From an uncultured Woeseiaceae bacterium (GTDB lineage Bacteria > Pseudomonadota > Gammaproteobacteria > Steroidobacterales > Woeseiaceae), in NCBI GenBank assembly GCA_902517795.1, contig CABYDR010000001.1:2512-66511 (forward strand): a stretch of 64,000 bases of DNA, written 5' to 3'. Numbering within the stretch: position 1 is the first letter of the stretch; each line of letters begins with the position of its first letter. The translations under genes were made by a program, and so were the position numbers. Below, one piece after another: positions 1 through 9,999 of this stretch. The notes under the pieces are model-generated. The model searched no databases. It was not told the DNA's origin and was given only the letters and a program-made list of their open reading frames with translations.

Positions 1-650
1 TCTTTTGGGCATTCGAGATCAATCATTATATTTCTTGACGGGCCAACAACCTTTCTTACTTCTCTGATTATTGAAGCTGCCTCACCCAAGCCTCGATTCT
101 GAAGAGGATAAACTTTTATGCTGTCATAATTTTTATTTATCTGCTCTTCGACATTAGCAATCAAATTATTATCATCTTGCTTAATATCACTCCATGTATT
201 GGCGTATACAGGGATGGATTTACTATTATTTGTCCGTAACAATTCACTGACGCTTTTATTCGTATATTTTCCCAATATATCCCAAAGCGCTATCTCTATG
301 GCACTAATTGCACACATAAGATCATAGTTATCATCTTTGTAAGTCAGTTTGTTGATAAAAATGACTGGATTGATTTTCCTAAACGATAGTTTTTTAGTTA
401 GATTGTCATGAATTAATCTATTGATCAGGATTTCACTTCCATCCGATACGAAGGCTTCGCCCCAACCTTCAATTCCACACTTAGTGGTTAATTTTAGTAA
501 TAAAAAAGATTTGACTGATGAATAGAGATGCTCATTAGTGACTTTTTTTGTTATGTATGTTTCGACTTTTAAAATATCAAATCGTTCTTTACAATGTGAA
601 AGACTATTCATCAAAGAAAAAGTTAATTTATCGATTCTCTTAGTCATCAT
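1..650 (-). CDS. enolase-superfamily enzyme (mandelate racemase/muconate lactonizing enzyme family), N-terminal part; C-terminus lies beyond the window start
   Basis: Not in the ORF track because it runs off the edge. Manual translation from ATG at 648-650 is open to nt 1: MMTKRIDKL..CGIEGWGEAF..AISAIEIALWDILGKY..SIKVYPL..IMIDLEC. These are typical MR/MLE capping-domain and barrel motifs. Confidence 0.55.
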   Translation of the reverse strand, partial: MMTKRIDKLTFSLMNSLSHCKERFDILKVETYITKKVTNEHLYSSVKSFLLLKLTTKCGIEGWGEAFVSDGSEILINRLIHDNLTKKLSFRKINPVIFINKLTYKDDNYDLMCAISAIEIALWDILGKYTNKSVSELLRTNNSKSIPVYANTWSDIKQDDNNLIANVEEQINKNYDSIKVYPLQNRGLGEAASIIREVRKVVGPSRNIMIDLECPK

Positions 651-718
651 TAATTTAATTATTTTTTAAAAAAGATTAAAATTACTATATAAAAATCTTA
701 TAAACCAACTTAACAAAT

Positions 719-2353
719 ATGGAATTTGATTACATTATTATTGGTGCTGGTTCAGCAGGGTGTGTTCTCGCAAATCGGCTATCAGATAGTAACAATAATA
801 TACTAATTATTGAGGCTGGCCCCAACAACAATAGCTATAAGATAAATATGCCAGCATCAATGCTGACAAACCTAAAAGAAAAAAAATACAATTGGTCCTT
901 TAAAGGTGAGCCTGAGAAAAATCTTAATGGTCGTAAAATTCAGCATGATCGAGGAAAAGTGATTGGAGGTTCATCCTCAATTAATGGAATGGTTTATGTC
1001 CGAGGTCATGCTGAGGATTTTAATGGATGGAGTGAACTTGGTTGCGAGGGCTGGAGTTATGCTGATGTTCTGCCCTATTTTATTAGGATGGAAGCTTATT
1101 CTGGGGGTGACAAAGATTATAGAGGTGAAGATGGCCCATTAAAGATCCATAGACCAACACCCAAAGATCCTATTTCACTTGCTTTTCTAGAATCCGGAAA
1201 AGAGAAAAATTATCAGATTACAAACGATATAAATGGGTTTTGCCAAGAAGGGTTTGGTGTTTTTGATAGCACGATTGACAAAGGCAAGCGCTTTAGTGCA
1301 GCAGATGCTTATTTAAAACCAGTAAAAAATAGAAATAATTTAACAATACTGTCTGAATCCCATGTTAATAAGATAATTTTCAAAAATAAGATTGCTATTG
1401 GAATTGAATTTTATGATAAACAAAAAAACAAAGTACTGGCTTATGCTTCAAAAGAAATAATATTATCTGCAGGTGCTATTGGAACACCACATATATTAAT
1501 GCTCTCTGGTATTGGCCCCGAACAACAGTTGAGAAAATTAAATATTGATGTTGTAAAGAATAGTCCTGGTGTCGGATCAAATCTTAATGATCATCCAGAT
1601 TTTGTTCTAAAATACCAGTGTACAAAACCGGTCTCACTGTGGCCTAAAACGAAGATGATTCCGAGTATTATTCAGGGATTACGGTGGTTTTTATTCTCTG
1701 ATGGTATGTGTGCAAGCAATCATTTTGATGTCATTGCATGTATTAGATCAAATCGTTCCGTTAATTATCCAGATATACAATTATGCCTTTCTCCAATTGC
1801 AGTTGATGATAAAACTTGGAAACCAATCCAGAAGCATGCTTTCCAAATTCATATTGGCTTGATGCAAACATTCAGTAGAGGTCATTTAAGATTGGCAGAC
1901 TCGAACCCATTAAGTGACCCAATTATTTCTGCAAATTATTTATCAGATAAAAGAGATACTCAGGCTATTTTAGATGGAATTAAAATAGTCAGAGATTTGA
2001 TTAAAGCACCCTCTTTCAAAGAATTATGTGGAGATGAGATCTTTCCAGGAATAAAAAATCAGTCTGATTATGAACTGACTGAAGAAATTAAAAATCATCT
2101 TAATACGCAATGGCATCTATCAGGAACAGCTTCAATGGGTGAAGAAAATAATCCAAACGCTGTTGTAGATAATCATGGTAAAGTATTTGGTGTAGATAAA
2201 CTGCGTGTAGTTGATGCATCAATTATGCCTCGTGCAACTAACGGCAATACAAACAGTCCGACTATCATGTTGGCCGAAAAATTAAGTGATAGCATCCTTG
2301 GTAAAAAAGCTTTGCCAAAAAATAATATAAACATATGGCAACGAGAAAACTAA
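719..2353 (+). CDS. GMC-family FAD oxidoreductase, choline dehydrogenase-like (possible betA)
   Basis: N-terminal FDYIIIGAGSAGCVLANRLS Rossmann motif and GMC signature GGSSSINGMVYVRG. Followed by an aldehyde dehydrogenase and a BCCT-type transporter. Confidence 0.8.
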   Translation: MEFDYIIIGAGSAGCVLANRLSDSNNNILIIEAGPNNNSYKINMPASMLTNLKEKKYNWSFKGEPEKNLNGRKIQHDRGKVIGGSSSINGMVYVRGHAEDFNGWSELGCEGWSYADVLPYFIRMEAYSGGDKDYRGEDGPLKIHRPTPKDPISLAFLESGKEKNYQITNDINGFCQEGFGVFDSTIDKGKRFSAADAYLKPVKNRNNLTILSESHVNKIIFKNKIAIGIEFYDKQKNKVLAYASKEIILSAGAIGTPHILMLSGIGPEQQLRKLNIDVVKNSPGVGSNLNDHPDFVLKYQCTKPVSLWPKTKMIPSIIQGLRWFLFSDGMCASNHFDVIACIRSNRSVNYPDIQLCLSPIAVDDKTWKPIQKHAFQIHIGLMQTFSRGHLRLADSNPLSDPIISANYLSDKRDTQAILDGIKIVRDLIKAPSFKELCGDEIFPGIKNQSDYELTEEIKNHLNTQWHLSGTASMGEENNPNAVVDNHGKVFGVDKLRVVDASIMPRATNGNTNSPTIMLAEKLSDSILGKKALPKNNINIWQREN

Positions 2354-2365
2354 ATTGGAGTAATA

Positions 2366-3787
2366 ATGGAAAACTTTAAGAAATTCTATATTGACGGGCA
2401 ATGGGTAGACCCTCAATCTTCGACTACATTTCCTTTTATAAATCCTGCTACTGAAGAAAAGATAGGCGTCATCGCAATGGGTGGAAAAAAAGATGTGGAT
2501 CTTGCAGTCGCTGCAGCAAAAAAAGCGTTTGAATCATTCTCTGTGACATCCAAAGATGTTCGATTGGAATATCTTAAAAAACTTAGAACTATCACATTAA
2601 ATAGATTTGATGAATTAGCTGAAGCTATAAGCACTGAAATGGGTGCACCAATTACAATGTCAAAAGAAGCACAAGCGGATGCTGCTATCGGTCATTTAGA
2701 TGGATTTATTAGTGCCCTAGATTCCTTGGAAGAAACTGAGAAATTAGATAATGGCGATATACTAACCAAAGAACCTATTGGAGTGTGTGGTCTTATCACC
2801 CCTTGGAATTGGCCAATTAACCAAATAACACTAAAAGTACTTCCCGCCTTGGCAACCGGTTGCACATGCATCCTCAAGCCCTCTGAACATACACCTTTAT
2901 CAGCTATTATTTATGCCGAAATAATAGCTGAAGCAGGCTATCCCGCTGGTGTTTTTAATTTAATAAATGGTGATGGACCTACAGTTGGAAGTGAATTATC
3001 TAAACACCCTGATATACAGATGATGTCATTTACTGGATCTACGAGAGCCGGAATCTGTGTTACCAAAGATTCAGCAGATACAGTTAAACGTGTGACGCTT
3101 GAGCTAGGTGGAAAATCTCCTAATTTGGTATTCTCAGACTGTGATTTAGAGGAACGAGTGAGCGCCTCAGTAAATGAGTGCATGTTCAATACTGGTCAAT
3201 CTTGTGATGCCCCAACACGTCTCATAGTTGAAGAGTCCTGCTATGATGAGGTAGTTAAAATTGCTAAAAAATCATGCGATAAAGTATTAGTGGACTCACC
3301 AAAAAAAGAAGGTGATCACATTGGGCCGCTATTTGATAAAATTCAATTCGAACGGGTACAAACCCTAATTAATACTGGGATTGATGAGGGTGCGACACTA
3401 TTGTGCGGTGGACCTGGAAAACCGGAAGGTTTTGAAAATGGTTGGTTCGTCAAACCGACTATTTTTAAAGATGTTACAAATGATATGAAAATTGCCAAAG
3501 AAGAAATTTTTGGTCCTGTTTTAGTAATTATTCCTTTTAAAGATGAAGATGAAGCTATAGAAATTGCCAATGACACACCCTATGGTCTTGCTGCTTATCT
3601 TCAAACTGGATCTGATGAAAGAGCAAAGAGAGTTTCCGCAAAACTCAGAGCAGGTGCAGTTCATATCAATGGTGGTGAGTATAATTATGGATCACCTTTC
3701 GGTGGTTATAAGCAGTCCGGTAATGGTCGTGAAGGTGGAATAATGGGCTTAGAAGACTATTTGGAATCAAAAACCTTACATTATTAA
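2366..3787 (+). CDS. NAD(P)-dependent aldehyde dehydrogenase (possible betaine-aldehyde dehydrogenase)
   Basis: ALDH motifs ELGGKSP and catalytic Cys context FNTGQSCDAP, plus EEIFGPV. Starts 13 nt after the GMC oxidoreductase. Confidence 0.85.
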   Translation: MENFKKFYIDGQWVDPQSSTTFPFINPATEEKIGVIAMGGKKDVDLAVAAAKKAFESFSVTSKDVRLEYLKKLRTITLNRFDELAEAISTEMGAPITMSKEAQADAAIGHLDGFISALDSLEETEKLDNGDILTKEPIGVCGLITPWNWPINQITLKVLPALATGCTCILKPSEHTPLSAIIYAEIIAEAGYPAGVFNLINGDGPTVGSELSKHPDIQMMSFTGSTRAGICVTKDSADTVKRVTLELGGKSPNLVFSDCDLEERVSASVNECMFNTGQSCDAPTRLIVEESCYDEVVKIAKKSCDKVLVDSPKKEGDHIGPLFDKIQFERVQTLINTGIDEGATLLCGGPGKPEGFENGWFVKPTIFKDVTNDMKIAKEEIFGPVLVIIPFKDEDEAIEIANDTPYGLAAYLQTGSDERAKRVSAKLRAGAVHINGGEYNYGSPFGGYKQSGNGREGGIMGLEDYLESKTLHY

Positions 3788-3817
3788 TATAAATCATATA
3801 TTTATTACAATATATCA

Positions 3818-5044
3818 ATGTCTTACTTTATGTCATCATGGTTAAACCTTGGCCTTTTGACCAGCTATGCATTTATTGCATACATACTCATTAAATGGGG
3901 AAATATTCGGTGTATTGGAGTTACGCCACTTAGAACACCGGTTTTCATGGCAATATTATTTACTTCGGGTCTCGAAGTGGGTGGAATTATGCTGCCATTA
4001 ATCGATTTTCCTGTATTTGAAGATACTTTAGCTAATCCAGAATATAAATTCACTAACCCATTGGCAATGGAGTTTGCTTCTATGGGTTTTGCCATATGGT
4101 CTGGTTACTTTATGATGTGTTTTTATTTTTGTGTTATAGAGCCAAAAGTAAGGTTTTTTGAGATTCCTTTTATTAAATTTCTGAATACAGTTGTTATTAT
4201 CATTACATGTTCATTTACGACATTTTTATTTCTGTCAAATCTCCCATTTTATTTACCTGAATTTGGTGACGGTAAATCACTTAACCTCTTCTTTTATTTA
4301 GTTGTCCTTATTGTCATATCAACAGCAACATACTCGAGTACTAAAATCAAATACGTCAAAATATTGAGCATGACATCGTCAACTTTATTTTTTTTATTAA
4401 TCTTTGGTATGTGGATCACATCAATTATCTGGGAAGATATTGAATATACTCAGATATTTAGCTCAATGGCTCGCATTGGAGATTATTTTAAAGATTTACC
4501 ACAATACTTGCTGCCAATTAATCTTTATCATGAGTTTTATTTATACTGGTGGTTCTCTTGGTACATTATGATCGGTCAATTCTTAGCAAGATTTGTAGGT
4601 GGAATCAGAACCTATCAATTGTTGCTCATGATACTTATTATCCCTTCAATTCCATTGGGTTTGTGGTTTTCGGTAATTTATATCTATCACCAAAATAATA
4701 TCGAGATATACGGCTTATATAACCTTATGATGATGTTTGTTGGGACCTTATTTGTAATTAACTCTCTTGATTCTTTGATTAGATTATATACAGATAACTT
4801 AAACCTTACACCTCAAAATCTTGGGCAAAAGAAATACATTTTATTAAATATAATATCATTGAGTTTTCTTACTTTACTCTATAATTTCGAATTTTTAAAA
4901 ATTGAATGGATCGGTGCTATTGTAATTGCTATGTTCCTAGGATGCCTAATAAACATATTGTTTACAAAACTGAGAATTGTGAATGATATTAAATCATCAC
5001 CACCGGAAAACAAACTCGATTTCAAAAAAGTCGACTCCACTTAA
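3818..5044 (+). CDS. short, divergent BCCT-family (betaine/carnitine/choline) transporter
   Basis: Multi-TM protein. YLYWWFSWYIMIGQFLARFVGGIRTYQ corresponds to the BCCT Trp-rich signature (W..WW.SW.P..G.F.ARIS.GRTI). N-terminal KWGNIRCIG resembles the conserved G.I.LG segment. Confidence 0.6.
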   Translation: MSYFMSSWLNLGLLTSYAFIAYILIKWGNIRCIGVTPLRTPVFMAILFTSGLEVGGIMLPLIDFPVFEDTLANPEYKFTNPLAMEFASMGFAIWSGYFMMCFYFCVIEPKVRFFEIPFIKFLNTVVIIITCSFTTFLFLSNLPFYLPEFGDGKSLNLFFYLVVLIVISTATYSSTKIKYVKILSMTSSTLFFLLIFGMWITSIIWEDIEYTQIFSSMARIGDYFKDLPQYLLPINLYHEFYLYWWFSWYIMIGQFLARFVGGIRTYQLLLMILIIPSIPLGLWFSVIYIYHQNNIEIYGLYNLMMMFVGTLFVINSLDSLIRLYTDNLNLTPQNLGQKKYILLNIISLSFLTLLYNFEFLKIEWIGAIVIAMFLGCLINILFTKLRIVNDIKSSPPENKLDFKKVDST

Positions 5045-5076
5045 TATGCCAATAAATTGATTTTAAAATATTGGTT

Positions 5077-5301
5077 TTATTTTTTATTAAGGTTGTACAA
5101 CTTGAGCGATAAAAGCATTCCCAAAGTCATTATAATTACAGAAATCTTTCCGCGATGAGCTGTTTCATATGTCCATAAATTGGTATCCAAAAAGTAAAAT
5201 ATATAAATTGAAATTACCCATGGAATGAAATTGATTATGTTCTTAATGCTTTTAGACAGTTTATCCATATTTCTCACAGAAATGTTGTAAGGTATTAACA
5301 A
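5077..5301 (-). CDS. hypothetical small two-TM membrane protein
   Basis: 74-aa ORF filling an otherwise empty intergenic gap, with two hydrophobic segments. No homology recognised. Confidence 0.3.
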   Translation of the reverse strand: MLIPYNISVRNMDKLSKSIKNIINFIPWVISIYIFYFLDTNLWTYETAHRGKISVIIMTLGMLLSLKLYNLNKK

Positions 5302-5314
5302 TGTTTAATTTATC

Positions 5315-6226
5315 GTGGCACAATATTCTATTATGAGTCAATCGCAGTCAATTTTTAATCACATTTATTTGAATAAATGGAATTTATTCTGGCTGACCTC
5401 TATACCGATGTCATTAATCATGACGTACGTGATGATTCAGCATGACTTGACAACTGGTGATGGTGTATCGGAAATGATTGGTTTCTCAGTAAGATGGGCT
5501 GTCCCGCTAATATACATCGTCACAGCCGCTTCAGCTGTTTATATATTGTTCCCCAACACTTTTACAAAATGGTGGTTTAGAAATAGAAAGTATATAGGCC
5601 TTACATTTGCTGTGGCTATGGGTTGGCAAGGTACTTTCATTTATATAATGTCAACATTCTTTCGAGATTATTACTTCGAAGATGTCTATCTATTGCGTAA
5701 TGAGATTGAAGGCAGTATTGGTTATATCTTTCTAGCAGCAATGGTTGTGACTTCTTTTAAGTTTGGAAGTAAATATGTCAATGGTGTTCAATGGAAAATT
5801 ATCCATAAAAGTGGGGTTTATTTTCTGTGGGCCTATGCCTACACCGTATATTGGTGGGCTTTGTATTACTATGATGATCCCGTTCTTTTTGAGTATATTT
5901 TCTACTGGCTTGGATTTGCCGCATTTGCTTTACGTATATTTGCATGGGGGAAAAAAAGAGCCAGAAACTCAAGCAACCCAAATTTATTTCTCTCAACTAC
6001 AGGATATTTTTTGGTAATATTTGGATTGGTCATCGCCTACTCTGGATTAACATGGCGAGAGACTGCTACAAATATTTTACTTGCCCCTAAATGGTCAGCA
6101 AACCTAGAACTGTGGCTTCCATTCTGGCCATTTGAGCCTTTTTTCTGCTTTTTTATTATGGGTTTGGGTGTGATGATCTTGACGCCAAAAGAGAAACAAA
6201 AGCCATTGGGTGAAAAACCTATCTAA
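5315..6226 (+). CDS. hypothetical Trp/Tyr-rich integral membrane protein
   Basis: 303-aa ORF with a GTG start (alternative ATG at 5333) and about 7 hydrophobic helices. No motif recognised. Confidence 0.5.
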   Translation: MAQYSIMSQSQSIFNHIYLNKWNLFWLTSIPMSLIMTYVMIQHDLTTGDGVSEMIGFSVRWAVPLIYIVTAASAVYILFPNTFTKWWFRNRKYIGLTFAVAMGWQGTFIYIMSTFFRDYYFEDVYLLRNEIEGSIGYIFLAAMVVTSFKFGSKYVNGVQWKIIHKSGVYFLWAYAYTVYWWALYYYDDPVLFEYIFYWLGFAAFALRIFAWGKKRARNSSNPNLFLSTTGYFLVIFGLVIAYSGLTWRETATNILLAPKWSANLELWLPFWPFEPFFCFFIMGLGVMILTPKEKQKPLGEKPI

Positions 6227-6923
6227 TTGTAATTTCCTCTTCTGATAGATCTAGAATAGCATTATAAGAATTTTTTAAATCATTTAATAATCGCCCATAC
6301 ATGAGGCCACTGAGTTTTTGAGCTGATAAATATCCGTGTAACTCATCAGACAGATAGTATTGCTCATTAAATTTATATTTCTCTAGTACCTGAGAACCAT
6401 AGAATTGACCATCAAAGGTGTTATAGCTCATTTCAATACGGAAATTTGTGTAAACTTCTTTTACATAATCATTTACTAAAAAATCAATGTCATCTTCCAT
6501 ACTTAATTTCCTTTGATTTTTATGATTATAAATATCCAGCAACCTATTTTTGAGTTGCTTGTTAGATATAAGCTCGAATGAACCAGATGATATAAGCTCG
6601 GTATATATCCCATCCTCCGGAAAAAATGAAATTGAAACATTAACAGAAATTAATTTAGATATCGCATCTCGGTCTGAGAGTTCTTTATGAGAATGACTCA
6701 TATCATTTTGGAGCTCAGCTATCAATTCAAGCGACTCAATTATATTTTTCTGAACCTCTTCTATTTGTGAGAGATCATTCTTAATAGCTGTATTCAAATC
6801 ACTGAGTAACTCGTTCTTTATTTCTTGGCTTTTATTTTGAGATCTTATTTCCTCAATATAAAATGAAAATAATATTCCCACGATTATTACTGACGCCTCA
6901 ATTGTATATCTCAAAATCGTCAT
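6219..6923 (-). CDS. hypothetical N-terminally membrane-anchored helical protein
   Basis: One N-terminal TM (ASVIIVGILFSFYI) followed by a predicted helical region. Starts 5 nt downstream of the stop of the serine hydrolase gene. Confidence 0.5.
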   Translation of the reverse strand: MTILRYTIEASVIIVGILFSFYIEEIRSQNKSQEIKNELLSDLNTAIKNDLSQIEEVQKNIIESLELIAELQNDMSHSHKELSDRDAISKLISVNVSISFFPEDGIYTELISSGSFELISNKQLKNRLLDIYNHKNQRKLSMEDDIDFLVNDYVKEVYTNFRIEMSYNTFDGQFYGSQVLEKYKFNEQYYLSDELHGYLSAQKLSGLMYGRLLNDLKNSYNAILDLSEEEITIR

Positions 6924-6927
6924 AAAA

Positions 6928-8082
6928 TTAATTATTCTCTCTATCGAAGTATAAATCAGTTATTTTATCGGATATCTGTCCAGCATCAATTTCTTCATTA
7001 TTACAAAAAACTACCGATGAAAATTCTAGATCCTCAAACCTAGAATATTTGGCCGTATACCCAACCCATGAACCAGAATGAGACCATCTATTGAAACCTC
7101 TATAGACATCAAAATTCTGTGCAAATGCATACGTATCCTCGTCACGGTAAACGTCGTTGTCTTTTCTTGCTTTTTCGGCTGATTGCTTAAAAAAGTTTCG
7201 CTTCATTCGTTGAATCAATTTATCTTTTTGATCGCCTAATTTGTTGACATAAAAATTCTGGTCCCATTTAATGAAGTCATTAATCGTCGTATACAGACCT
7301 CCATCACCTACATTACTCAAATTGGTCATAAAAATTTTGTACTCCCCAGGATGATTTTCTCTTGGTGTATATGCATCGGCTCTATTCGTAACAACTTGAT
7401 TCACATCATCATTAAAAAAAGTATTATCCATACCCAATGGCTTGAAGATCTCTTTTTCAGCAAACTCTCTAAGAGTCATGCCAGTAATATTTTCTATCAC
7501 TATTGCCAGTAATCCGTAGCCTAGATTACTGTACCAAAACTTTGTCTCAGGCTTCATAATGAGAGGAAGGGTTTTAAATAACGCATACACCTCATCATTA
7601 GACATGTAATCCTGGTTACCCCATCTAAATTCCTCTCCTACAGAGTTAATGAAACGACCAGGATAATCACTGTATTCATAGTCCCCAAGACCACTGTAGT
7701 GATGAACTAGATGCCTAATTGTGACATTCTCTTTATAGTCTATTAAATCAGGAATATATTTTTTTATTGGTTCATCTAGAGATAAGACGCCCTTTTCTTC
7801 CAATATAAGGATTGCCATTGCAGTGAACTGTTTACTGATGGAGCCAATCCTGAAAACTGAATCTGGAGTTAGTGATATTTCATGTTCAAGATTAGAGAGC
7901 CCATAGCCTCGTTTAAAAAGATATTCTTTATTTTTGATTACACCTATAGCACAAGCAGGTTCAGCTTCGAGATTTATCTCAGAAAAAATACTGTCAATCC
8001 TGTCAGACAATGATCTTTCGTTGGAACTCACATTACAGAATGATGTAATCAAAAGAGCAAACAAAAGTATTTTTCTAATCAT
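6928..8082 (-). CDS. secreted serine hydrolase, beta-lactamase (class C)/DD-peptidase fold
   Basis: Signal peptide, S-x-x-K motif in GSISKQFTA, and YSN motif (WYSNLGYG). Confidence 0.8.
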   Translation of the reverse strand: MIRKILLFALLITSFCNVSSNERSLSDRIDSIFSEINLEAEPACAIGVIKNKEYLFKRGYGLSNLEHEISLTPDSVFRIGSISKQFTAMAILILEEKGVLSLDEPIKKYIPDLIDYKENVTIRHLVHHYSGLGDYEYSDYPGRFINSVGEEFRWGNQDYMSNDEVYALFKTLPLIMKPETKFWYSNLGYGLLAIVIENITGMTLREFAEKEIFKPLGMDNTFFNDDVNQVVTNRADAYTPRENHPGEYKIFMTNLSNVGDGGLYTTINDFIKWDQNFYVNKLGDQKDKLIQRMKRNFFKQSAEKARKDNDVYRDEDTYAFAQNFDVYRGFNRWSHSGSWVGYTAKYSRFEDLEFSSVVFCNNEEIDAGQISDKITDLYFDRENN

Positions 8083-9055
8083 TTAATTCATCAAAGGTGT
8101 TATATACTGCTTCTGCAATAACTAAATCTTGGACTGCAACACCAGTTAAATCTGCAACAGTAATATCCTCATCATTTTTTCTTCCTTTCTGAGGGTTTTC
8201 AAATATGCATCCGATCTCGATAAGATCTGCTTCATTTATTGCATTATGTTTAAGCGCTTGGTGTATTTCACCCCTCAAGACATTCTGCTCAATACTGTCA
8301 GCAACAACCAGATCAGCTTTAGCAAGAATATTATAATCAAGCTCGCATTTGTCATGTGTGTCCGAACCAACAGCTGTGATATGGGTACCGGGCTGAACCC
8401 ACTCGGAATTAACTAGAGGCGATCTGGCTGAAGTAGTTGTAATTATGAGTTTAGATGACCTCACCGCAGATTCTAAATTTTTTTCAATTTCGACATTGAT
8501 ATTATCTGATTTTATGTCATTTGAGAGTTTGTCAATTTTGCTCTCATCCCTACCCCACAATAAGACTTTAGAAATACCCATCTCTTGGCAGATATATTTC
8601 GTTTGGTATCTAGCTTGGACCCCTGTACCAACAATCAATACCTCATCCACATTTTTTGATGCCAGTTCACTTGAAGTGATGGCACCCGCAATACCGGTTC
8701 GAATATCTGTCAAATTTGCCTCATCGATTAAGATAGATAATGGTTGGCCCGTTTTTATATCAAATAAAAGCATCATGCCTTGTCCTGGCTTGATACCAAG
8801 CTCATTATTACCTACAAACCCAGATGCAATTTTTATGACATAATGCTTTCCACCCTTCAGATAACCATACTTAATGTGAACGTCACCAGGTGGATCTTCC
8901 ATTATCAACTCACCAACTGGTGGGATTTCAGCGAGGCCTTTTGAATAATCAATAAAGCCCTGCTTCATTGGCTCAATCACATCAATTTTTGAAAGAATAG
9001 GCTCAATTTGATACCAGTTTATAACTTTTGGTTTCATGACGGTTTTGATTGCCAT
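8075..9055 (-). CDS. ornithine cyclodeaminase/mu-crystallin family protein
   Basis: LTDIRTGIAGAI segment and Rossmann VGTGVQARYQ typical of the OCD family. Overlaps the downstream hydrolase gene by 8 nt. Confidence 0.8.
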   Translation of the reverse strand: MAIKTVMKPKVINWYQIEPILSKIDVIEPMKQGFIDYSKGLAEIPPVGELIMEDPPGDVHIKYGYLKGGKHYVIKIASGFVGNNELGIKPGQGMMLLFDIKTGQPLSILIDEANLTDIRTGIAGAITSSELASKNVDEVLIVGTGVQARYQTKYICQEMGISKVLLWGRDESKIDKLSNDIKSDNINVEIEKNLESAVRSSKLIITTTSARSPLVNSEWVQPGTHITAVGSDTHDKCELDYNILAKADLVVADSIEQNVLRGEIHQALKHNAINEADLIEIGCIFENPQKGRKNDEDITVADLTGVAVQDLVIAEAVYNTFDELND

Positions 9056-9089
9056 AATAATATTAAAATTAAATAGCTAGGAATTATAA

Positions 9090-9572
9090 CTATTGGATTA
9101 ATTGTCCTTCTATCCAGGAACACGAAACTTCTTTATATTCTCTCTTATCTGCAAGACCAACACTGAACGTATCAATTCTTCCTAGAGATCTTATTACACA
9201 GGAGCCATTTCCATGAGGTAAATCATTTGCAAACTCTCCCATATACTCCTCACCTTGAGAATACCTAATATGACCCTTACCGTGCTTCATTCCTTGGGAA
9301 AATTCTCCTTCATAAACATCTCCATTAGACCAGGAATAAGCTCCATATCCATGAGATAGTCCTTCTGAAAATGCTCCTTCATATTTATCGCCATTTCTAT
9401 ACTCAAGAACACCCTGCCCATGTGATTTTCCATTAACGAATGATCCAGTGTATTTACTGCCATCGGCATTTATCATTGTGCCATTTTTATTTTCACAGTC
9501 GCCCTCAATACATAATTGTGCAGATGCATTCATGTACAGAAAAAAACCGAACAAAATGATGAAGATTCTCAT
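9090..9572 (-). CDS. secreted MORN-repeat protein
   Basis: Signal peptide plus about 5 repeats of Y.G.F..G..HG.G (YTGSFVNGKSHGQG, YEGAFSEGLSHGYG, YEGEFSQGMKHGKG, YMGEFANDLPHGNG). Confidence 0.8.
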   Translation of the reverse strand: MRIFIILFGFFLYMNASAQLCIEGDCENKNGTMINADGSKYTGSFVNGKSHGQGVLEYRNGDKYEGAFSEGLSHGYGAYSWSNGDVYEGEFSQGMKHGKGHIRYSQGEEYMGEFANDLPHGNGSCVIRSLGRIDTFSVGLADKREYKEVSCSWIEGQLIQ

Positions 9573-9635
9573 AGACCAAAATATACATTAATTGAATTCT
9601 TGAGGCTATAATTAGAATAAAAACTGGAGAAAAAA

Positions 9636-9998
9636 ATGAAAAATCTCAATGTTATTGTCAAAAGATTTGATATGCCTGACGAAGTAATTCATTTTGAAAA
9701 AGGTGTGTTTGAGACTATAAAAATAAATGGCACTGTATTAGGAAGAGCAACCTATGAACCTGGGTGGAAATGGTCAAAACATGTAGGCCCGAAAATCAAT
9801 AAAGATTATTGTGATGTTGAGCACCTGGGTATGGTGATATCTGGTCAAGCAACGGCAGCTTCTCCAGATGGAGAAATAACTGTTTTTAAACCTGGTGATA
9901 TTTTCTACGTACCAAAAGAAGATCATGATAGCTGGGTTGTGGGTGACGAGCCTTATGTTTCCCTGCATTTTCTTGGTGCCGACAAATACACCAAATAA
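9636..9998 (+). CDS. cupin-domain protein
   Basis: 120-aa single beta-barrel-sized protein. The HLGMVISG ... GDIFYVP spacing resembles cupin motifs 1 and 2. Confidence 0.6.
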   Translation: MKNLNVIVKRFDMPDEVIHFEKGVFETIKINGTVLGRATYEPGWKWSKHVGPKINKDYCDVEHLGMVISGQATAASPDGEITVFKPGDIFYVPKEDHDSWVVGDEPYVSLHFLGADKYTK

Positions 9999-9999
9999 A

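Noticed and set aside
2413-3576. Antisense ORFs inside the aldehyde dehydrogenase gene. Similar ORFs nested in well-supported genes or their immediate flanks occur at 8445-8843, 18795-19424, 25429-25725, 36245-36472, 40012-40385 and 54202-54555.
   Set aside because: They lie wholly or largely within strongly supported CDSs on the opposite strand or in another frame. Their composition is low-complexity and they have no recognisable motifs.
5306-5315. ttatcgtggc, a 10-nt match to the flank plus 3' end of tRNA-Leu fragment C, considered as a further att remnant
   Set aside because: It is only 10 nt with no continuation of similarity. A match this short in 64 kb of AT-rich sequence is too weak to separate from chance.
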